A DNA stretch of 31,861 nucleotides from Candidatus Aenigmatarchaeota archaeon (GTDB lineage: Archaea; EX4484-52), in the NCBI GenBank assembly GCA_023137195.1, contig JAGLPV010000007.1, forward strand, positions 1 to 31,861, given 5' to 3'. Below the pieces are notes generated by a model that saw only the letters and a list, made by a program, of their open reading frames with translations, was not told the DNA's origin and ran no database searches. A program made the translations under genes and the position numbers. This document shows, piece by piece, positions 25,642 through 31,861 of this stretch. Position 1 is the first letter of the stretch; each line of letters begins with the position of its first letter.

Positions 25642-26907
25642 TTAATTTTCAATAAGTTCAGATAATTTCTTATCTCCACCCAAAGCATTAAACCAAAGCA
25701 ATATTGATTTTGGAATTGTGAAAGTGATTATTTCTTTATCCTTTATATAATTGAATAATAATCCTATTGTTTTGTTGCTAATCGTTTTACAACTATCATA
25801 ATACGCTAATTGTTCACCCAATTCCTTTGCTTCTATATAATTATCTTTTTTTATATTTTCATTAATTTTATTTTTAATTGCATCGACCTCTTTCTCTTCA
25901 ATAGTGCATAATTTTCCAAATAATTGTTCAACAAGCAATTTTTCATTTTTATATTCAAATTCCAGCCCATTTATTTTTAATGATGGATGTAAATTTAAGT
26001 AAAATTCTGGTGTATAAAATGAATAATCAAATGCAGCTGTTCCTTCTTCATTACTTATGTCCTCTTCATAAATATGTTTTTTTAAATTAATTAAACTACT
26101 TTCTTCGAATTTATTAGAAAATTCTTCTTTTAATATATCCCATTTATCTAAAAAAATAGTTTGCTCAATATCCACAGTTAGGATAATATCCCTATCTTTA
26201 TTAGCTTTGCTTAAATTTAATTCTACTTCGCCATATAATTCATTACTGCCATAATATTGCATAATAAAATCTATTTGTTCATTAGAAAAGCCGTCTTTTC
26301 TACATTCTTCTTTAAATAAGTATTTCACATATAAAACATAACCTGTTATAAATTTTTTATCATTTTCAAGATTATAAAAATTATCATAACTTTTTTTCGG
26401 CTTAATACTCTTCTTATTTTCCCACAACTCCAAGGACCGCTCAAGCATTTCTTTTTTCCCTTCGTTCATCTCTAATTCTTTTAAATTTTCTTTCAGATAA
26501 TCGCAGATTTTATATCTTACAACATCCGCCAAAGACATATCTTTTTGATATGCCTGCCCCACAAGCATAAAATAATGTTTTGTGTCCAATCTCAATGATT
26601 TTGAAGCAATTTCCATTAATTCTTTTTTTATGTCTTTTCCCAAAGTGCTTTTTGCACTCTCCAACAATTCATTTGCCTTGATATAATCCTGATTTTTATA
26701 TGCCTCTTTTACTAATTCATTGATTTGCTTTTTTGAAGCAAGAATATACTTGTCTTTTTCTTCATCAAAATAAACTGCCTTCTCTGTTAAAACTGCAATA
26801 AAACTCGCTGTTTCCTTTTCTTTTCTGTCATATTCCTGCTTTATGGCTATTTTTTCTTCCATATTATCTCCTGAAAGTTTGTCAGTATTTGTATTTTGTA
26901 ATTCCAT
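25642..26907 (-). CDS. Hypothetical protein with an internal ribbon-helix-helix-like segment
   Basis: 421-aa ORF; SKSLRLDTKHYFMLVGQAYQKDMSLADVVRYKICDYLKE fits an RHH pattern; alternative start ATG 26862 after GGAG. Confidence 0.7.
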   Translation of the reverse strand: MELQNTNTDKLSGDNMEEKIAIKQEYDRKEKETASFIAVLTEKAVYFDEEKDKYILASKKQINELVKEAYKNQDYIKANELLESAKSTLGKDIKKELMEIASKSLRLDTKHYFMLVGQAYQKDMSLADVVRYKICDYLKENLKELEMNEGKKEMLERSLELWENKKSIKPKKSYDNFYNLENDKKFITGYVLYVKYLFKEECRKDGFSNEQIDFIMQYYGSNELYGEVELNLSKANKDRDIILTVDIEQTIFLDKWDILKEEFSNKFEESSLINLKKHIYEEDISNEEGTAAFDYSFYTPEFYLNLHPSLKINGLEFEYKNEKLLVEQLFGKLCTIEEKEVDAIKNKINENIKKDNYIEAKELGEQLAYYDSCKTISNKTIGLLFNYIKDKEIITFTIPKSILLWFNALGGDKKLSELIEN

Positions 26908-26967
26908 ATGTAATTATAACAAGATAATTTTATAAGTATTTGGTTTTTGCAAAGCGTAAAAAGAATA

Positions 26968-27031
26968 GTTTACGATACCATCGTAAACAAACACCAAAAA
27001 GTTGTCGATGCCATCGTAAACTATTTAAATA
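26968..27031. promoter_or_regulatory. Tandem palindromic operators abutting a TATA box
   Basis: GTTTACGAT-ACC-ATCGTAAAC (26968-26988, perfect) and GTTGTCGAT-GCC-ATCGTAAAC (27001-27021), followed by TATTTAAATA. Confidence 0.65.
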
Positions 27032-27050
27032 CAACCTGCCTTTACATACC

Positions 27051-28217
27051 ATGGAAAAAGTATTAATCGAATACAACCCATGGTGGTCTGAAGACTACAC
27101 CACCACTTCAATAAAAAGACCAAAGTATCTTGACAAAATCTCAAGAAACATAAAGAGCAAAAATGTCATCGTCCTAACCGGTTTAAGGCGGGTCGGGAAA
27201 ACCACACTCCTCAAACAAACAATCATCGAACTTCTAAAAGAAACAAACAGGAAAAATATATTTTATGTATCCCTCGATAATTTTGAACTCAACAATCACA
27301 GGATAAAAGAGATAATAGACAAATACAGGCAGATGAATGCAATCCCGACAGATCAAAAAGCATATATTTTCCTTGATGAAATCACTTACAAAGACACATT
27401 CCAGCAGGAACTGAAAAATCTCTACGACATGACAAATCTTAAACTAATTGTCTCTTCCTCTTCAGCATCAGTTCTGAAAGACAAAAAAGCATTTCTCACA
27501 GGAAGGACAAAAACAATCGAAGTAATGCCTCTGGATTTTAAGGAATTTTTAGAGTTCAGGAACCTCAAACCCAAACAATACGATTATGCCCTTCTGAAAA
27601 ACCATTTTGACCAATATCTCAAAATGGGCGGTATGCCCGAGTATGTACTAACTCAAGACATCGACTGCCTTAAGGAACTGGTAGAAAACATCGTCTACAA
27701 AGACATCATCGCATACCACAACATAAAAGACAGGGGCGTTGTGTTTGATTTACTAAAACTTCTTTCAGAGAGGGTCGGTAAAAGATTGACATACAATAAA
27801 CTCTCCAATGTACTCAAAATATCCGTTGACAGCGTAAGAAGATACATCTCTTATTTCGAGGAAACATATCTCATCCACATCATCAGCAAACACGGAAGCC
27901 CAAACGAAAAGATAACCGCTCCAAAAAAAATATATTTCTGCGACACAGGCATAAGAAACATATTGACGGGATTCAAAGAAACAGGAAGCTTATTTGAAAA
28001 CATAGTGTATTTGAGAATAAAAGATGAAAACCCTTCTTATTATATGAAAGATACAATAGAGCTTGATTTTGTTTTCGGCAAAAATATAATTGAATGCAAA
28101 TACACAGATGAGAGAAATGACAAGCAGGAAAAATTGATTGAAAAACCATCCTCAAAGTATAATATAAAAACAATGGATTTTGAGGGATTTGTTAGAGAGG
28201 AACTCAGTCTTAAATAA
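27051..28217 (+). CDS. AAA_14 / DUF4143 ATPase (COG1373-like) with wHTH and nuclease-like tail
   Basis: YNPWW, Walker A GLRRVGKT, Walker B FLDEI, LTGR, GGMPE, KKIYFCDTG, ELDF...IECK; ATG 27051. Confidence 0.88.
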   Translation: MEKVLIEYNPWWSEDYTTTSIKRPKYLDKISRNIKSKNVIVLTGLRRVGKTTLLKQTIIELLKETNRKNIFYVSLDNFELNNHRIKEIIDKYRQMNAIPTDQKAYIFLDEITYKDTFQQELKNLYDMTNLKLIVSSSSASVLKDKKAFLTGRTKTIEVMPLDFKEFLEFRNLKPKQYDYALLKNHFDQYLKMGGMPEYVLTQDIDCLKELVENIVYKDIIAYHNIKDRGVVFDLLKLLSERVGKRLTYNKLSNVLKISVDSVRRYISYFEETYLIHIISKHGSPNEKITAPKKIYFCDTGIRNILTGFKETGSLFENIVYLRIKDENPSYYMKDTIELDFVFGKNIIECKYTDERNDKQEKLIEKPSSKYNIKTMDFEGFVREELSLK

Positions 28218-28725
28218 TACTTATTCGACTAGGCATATTCAAATACCATTTCAATATCTCAACCGTCCATTGAGCAAATTTATCCTTTTCTTTAACAAGC
28301 ATTCCCTTTAGTTCCTCATGGCTGAAAAAATAAATATCTTCAATTTCTTCTTTCTCAAATTTAATATCCCCGTCGTAATTCAATTCATACACTTGCGAAA
28401 TCATATTGTCATTTTCCCCATAATCCATTTTCAGTTTCACCAGTTTTTTTGGGTTTGCAGCAATATTAAGTTCTTCTTCCAACTCTCTTTTTATGGCATC
28501 ATCATAGCTTTCATTTAAATCAACATGCCCGGATACAGAAAGGTCAAAACAACAAGGGAATTTATCTTTGGATGCGCTTCTTTTCTGTAGCAGAATTTTA
28601 TTGTCTTTATTCAAAATTATTACATGCACACCCCTGTGCCAAAAATCGCTTTTATGTATTTCCTCTCTTGTTTTTTGCCCAATTACTTTGTCTTTTTCAT
28701 TTACAATATAGAGTATCTCTCTCAT
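28210..28725 (-). CDS. Nudix hydrolase (IDI-1-like fold)
   Basis: HRGVHVII, LQKRS...KDKFP, Nudix box GHVDLNESYDDAIKRELEEELNI; ATGA-type 4-nt overlap (ATAA/ATG) with ubiD. Confidence 0.85.
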   Translation of the reverse strand: MREILYIVNEKDKVIGQKTREEIHKSDFWHRGVHVIILNKDNKILLQKRSASKDKFPCCFDLSVSGHVDLNESYDDAIKRELEEELNIAANPKKLVKLKMDYGENDNMISQVYELNYDGDIKFEKEEIEDIYFFSHEELKGMLVKEKDKFAQWTVEILKWYLNMPSRISII

Positions 28726-30023
28726 AAATATTTCTTCAAATCAACATCAGGATACCCTTCCTTTTTGAATTTACTTTTATCCACACCCGCCGGAATTGTC
28801 GCATCAATCCCAACCTTTGTTGTCCTAGCCTTCCCGCTCGACAAATCCGAAGACAAATCCAGGGAAGAGCCTTTCTGGTCTTTAAAAATATACAAATCCT
28901 TATCCATCTGCACCCTCGTCGCAATTGCGCTTTCAACAGAATCCGGATTTCTTATATCAATATCCTCATCAACAATAATGCACTGCTTCAGTGATTTATG
29001 CCCCTCGAAACAGGCATTTATTGCCTTAACCGGGTCATCCGGCTTTCCCTTCTCAATCTTTACAACCGCATGCAGCCACGAGCACCCGCCCGGCGTAATG
29101 CAAACATCAAGGCATTTGCATACTTTATTTACTTCCTTAAATATAGTCGGCTCACGAGGCATCCCCATAAGAAGCTTATGCTCTGATTTTCCCGGCAACA
29201 GTGCCTGGTAAACAGGATTTTTCCTTGTAGTAATATGTTTTATTTTAATTACAGGCTGACTGCGGACAATATCATAAGTTTCAGTCAAATCAAGAAAAGG
29301 ACCTTCATCCACATACTCTCCAGTAAATTCTCCTTCAAGCACAATTTCGCAGTCTGCAGGAACTTCTAAATCAATAGTCTTGCACTTAACCAAAGGAGTA
29401 TTTTCCAAAGCATTTGCCATTCCAAGCTCATTTTCATCTTTTTTTAGCGAAGTTGCCGCCGCAAGCAATACAGAAATTGAATTTCCAATACAGATTGCAA
29501 TCTCCAGATTCTTGTTTTTTTTCAGGGCAATGTCTGTCCCCCTCTGTTCAATGATTCTACCGACCAACTTGTCTTTCCCGACAACCATCAACCTATGGAT
29601 GCACATATTAGCACCATTGTCTTTATCTTTTATTATGCAAATTCCGCAGGTTATGTATCTCCCCCCGTCTTCTTTTTTGTGCATCAAAAAAGGAAACTTA
29701 GACAAATCAACATCACTTATTTCGACTTCCTGGCATGGTGCTTTTTCAATTATTTTTGGCTCTTTTAGTTTGTCTAAAGTATCAACCATTCTTTGGACAA
29801 TTTTGTCTTCTGTCGTACCTAATGCCTCTGCAACAAGTTTCGGGCAGGAGTAAAGTCCCCCGACCACATTAATCTTCTGGTTGTCCACCTTTTCAAAAAG
29901 GACAGGCCCCCCATCCAGTTTGTATAAAATATTTGCAATCTCACAATCAGAAGATACATTTTTCTTTATTTTCCTCAGTTGTCCTCTTTTGTCAAGATAA
30001 TCTATAAATTCTCTTAATTCCAT
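28722..30023 (-). CDS. ubiD: UbiD-family decarboxylase, likely anhydromevalonate phosphate decarboxylase
   Basis: DGGRYIT, IHRL, EIVLEG, EGPF, VDEDIDI, KVGIDAT; mevalonate context; ATG 30023. Confidence 0.9.
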   Translation of the reverse strand: MELREFIDYLDKRGQLRKIKKNVSSDCEIANILYKLDGGPVLFEKVDNQKINVVGGLYSCPKLVAEALGTTEDKIVQRMVDTLDKLKEPKIIEKAPCQEVEISDVDLSKFPFLMHKKEDGGRYITCGICIIKDKDNGANMCIHRLMVVGKDKLVGRIIEQRGTDIALKKNKNLEIAICIGNSISVLLAAATSLKKDENELGMANALENTPLVKCKTIDLEVPADCEIVLEGEFTGEYVDEGPFLDLTETYDIVRSQPVIKIKHITTRKNPVYQALLPGKSEHKLLMGMPREPTIFKEVNKVCKCLDVCITPGGCSWLHAVVKIEKGKPDDPVKAINACFEGHKSLKQCIIVDEDIDIRNPDSVESAIATRVQMDKDLYIFKDQKGSSLDLSSDLSSGKARTTKVGIDATIPAGVDKSKFKKEGYPDVDLKKYL

Positions 30024-30024
30024 A

Positions 30025-30867
30025 TTATTTTTCCTCATTCCTTTCAAGTCTCTTAACACTCTCTGGTTTTTCTAAATAATTTTCAGGAGTGCTGATTTTT
30101 TCTTTTGATTTAATTTCTAATTTTTTCCTTGCATCTCCTGCAATTTCACCACCTTCTTTTGCAGCATTTCTATTTTCAATAAATCCTATTGCCTCTTTGC
30201 CTCTGGCAATTTTTGTGGTGGATGCTTCTCCCAGCATCGTAAAAATCAATTCCAAATCAGTCATGTGGTCTCTTAAATTTTCTTTCTTTAATCCTTTGTA
30301 ATTTTTGTATTCATTAGGAGTCATGCCGAATGTTGCCTTGGAGATTTCTGCTGTTAAAATAGAGTATTCTTTTCCTCTTTCAATTCCTCTACTATCCCAC
30401 TCGTCCGTGAGTTCATCTCTTATTGCAATGCCCCTGACTCTCTTTTCGACCCAGTTGTCCGAATAGCCTTTTTGTTTGTAAATCTCTTTCATCCGTTTTT
30501 GGGCAAGTTCCGGGTCTTGAATTTCCTTTACTCGATCGTAGCCGACTTTTGCCAGCCAGCGTTTGAAAGGTTCGGCTTTAGGGGAAGGAATTGACTGAAT
30601 TATACGGAAAATGCCTTCTGTGTTGGCACAATTTACTTTTCTTTTTTTCCCATCATAAGCAATCATTTCAAGTAGGGTACAAATTGTACCCCAGTTCAAA
30701 TCAAGTTCTGAGTCTCGTTTACGAACTTTTTTGATATATTGTTTTGAATCAGAACTGTCTGTTAAAACTGATACAACATCAACCACAGAAAAATACCATT
30801 CATTATTGTGATACGTTCTTCTTATTTTCTTGTCTTCAAATACAATCAATGCATTATTTGATTCCAT
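30025..30867 (-). CDS. Bro-N domain protein
   Basis: FEDKKIRR...EWYFSVVDVV, RIIQSIPSPKAEPFKRWLA, NLRDHMTDLELIF. Confidence 0.85.
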   Translation of the reverse strand: MESNNALIVFEDKKIRRTYHNNEWYFSVVDVVSVLTDSSDSKQYIKKVRKRDSELDLNWGTICTLLEMIAYDGKKRKVNCANTEGIFRIIQSIPSPKAEPFKRWLAKVGYDRVKEIQDPELAQKRMKEIYKQKGYSDNWVEKRVRGIAIRDELTDEWDSRGIERGKEYSILTAEISKATFGMTPNEYKNYKGLKKENLRDHMTDLELIFTMLGEASTTKIARGKEAIGFIENRNAAKEGGEIAGDARKKLEIKSKEKISTPENYLEKPESVKRLERNEEK

Positions 30868-30870
30868 AAA

Positions 30871-31680
30871 TCATTCCTCAACAATCGTCCCCATTGACTC
30901 ATCTCCTTCCAGAGCCTTTTTTACATTCCCTTCAACAAGAGCACTAACAATCTGTGATTTAACCCCACAATCGGCAATTTCCATCAATTCCGTTACCTTC
31001 CTAAACATCCCTCCAGTAACATCAACGGCATTTGACCCAGAAATCCCTTTTTTTATTTTCTCATAATTGCTTTTACTTATCCTCTTAATCAACTTCGCCT
31101 TTTCATCTTCAAATGGATTTGAAGTAAATATCCCGTTAACATTTGTCGCATGAATTATCTTGTCAAATTTGAGTTTTTTTGCCAGGTACGGCGCAATCTC
31201 ATCCCCGGATAAAATAGAGCATTTCTGGACTTCATCAAAAGCAGGAACCCCATATAATACAGGAACCATTCCAATATTCACCAGCCCTTCAATTCCATCT
31301 GAACCCATTCGAGAGAGTTTTTTATTCTTCATCACCGCCATAGCAGATGCCTGCACAGGCATTGCAGGAATTCCCCTTTCAATCAATATCTTTGTTACAA
31401 TCAAATTAAGTTCATTCTGTAGCAGCTGGGTTTGCGCAAAATCAACCAGTTGGACTTCTCTTTTTATCCCATTCTGGATGCCTGTTTTATGCACAATTTG
31501 GTGCCCATAAGAACCAGCCCCATGAACAATTATCAGTCTCACAGTATCTTTATTTTTCCTGTAAAAATCCCCTATTTGTTTTGCTATTGATTGCAGATTT
31601 TCCTTGTTTACCACAGGCGTCAACTCTTCCTTTTTTGTAAGTACAGAGCCCCCAATTTTCAATATTATTTTCTCCATCAT
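30871..31680 (-). CDS. ipk: Isopentenyl phosphate kinase
   Basis: ILKIGGSVLT, HGAGSYGH with the IPK-type His, ILSGD, DVTGGM. Confidence 0.9.
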   Translation of the reverse strand: MMEKIILKIGGSVLTKKEELTPVVNKENLQSIAKQIGDFYRKNKDTVRLIIVHGAGSYGHQIVHKTGIQNGIKREVQLVDFAQTQLLQNELNLIVTKILIERGIPAMPVQASAMAVMKNKKLSRMGSDGIEGLVNIGMVPVLYGVPAFDEVQKCSILSGDEIAPYLAKKLKFDKIIHATNVNGIFTSNPFEDEKAKLIKRISKSNYEKIKKGISGSNAVDVTGGMFRKVTELMEIADCGVKSQIVSALVEGNVKKALEGDESMGTIVEE

Positions 31681-31685
31681 ACTTA

Positions 31686-31861
31686 TTATCTTTTCAACAA
31701 TGCCTTAAGCACCCCGGAAGACCCGGATGTATTTTGCCGTTTGTGCGGCATAAATGGATACAAAGCACTTGCCAGGTTATGCAGATTCATTGACTGAAGA
31801 ATTACTTTGCCGGGACCGGTCAGGCTTGTCAAAAACAATCCTTCTCCTCCAAGAAACATAG
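31686..31861 (-). CDS. C-terminus of an AIM24/DUF124-family protein (partial, not in ORF track)
   Basis: Minus-strand translation MFLGGEGLFLTSLTGPGKVILQSM...LLKR with stop at 31686-31688. Confidence 0.8.
   Translation of the reverse strand, partial: MFLGGEGLFLTSLTGPGKVILQSMNLHNLASALYPFMPHKRQNTSGSSGVLKALLKR

Noticed and set aside
26940-27050. N-terminal extension of the ATPase in the ORF track
   Set aside because: The region holds the palindromes and TATA box; the family-typical start (xNPWW) follows ATG 27051.
28722-30023. Ubiquinone/menaquinone role for ubiD/ubiX
   Set aside because: Context with IPK and AcnX-small favours the mevalonate pathway; a quinone role is not strictly excluded.

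Overview
AT-rich archaeal chromosomal window. Evidence: eL43/L37ae, NurA, TATA promoters with leaderless starts, and archaeal-type aromatic and mevalonate pathways. A DPANN-like lineage is my inference only. Housekeeping content: DRG GTPase, PLD, MinD, NurA, ThyX, a sugar epimerase, tRNA-Gly(GCC), EamA, PorD/PorG, GrpE, aconitase/IDH, and the DUF39/NIL-ferredoxin/UPF0280 homocysteine trio. It also holds a TyrA-PheA fusion, an aspartokinase-like::ADH synthase fusion with DHQ synthase II and chorismate mutase, and a fragmented modified-mevalonate cluster (IPK, UbiD, Nudix, AcnX small subunit, UbiX). Low-GC inserts carry an OLD-type ATPase-TOPRIM nuclease, small membrane proteins, an RHH+NYN pair, an AAA_14 ATPase and a Bro-N protein. 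The most notable signals missing from the ORF track are: (1) a 25-aa Phe/Tyr-rich leader peptide in a structured 5' leader of the aromatic operon, a candidate archaeal ribosome-dependent attenuator; (2) a C/D-box-like sRNA with compensated non-canonical boxes whose D' guide points at 23S G2251; (3) decayed integron-cassette-like core sites bounding two islands; (4) an apparent ATT start for ubiX; (5) a tRNA overlapping an upstream stop codon; (6) a dispersed modular palindromic repeat. All calls come from motif reading by eye, with no database searches.
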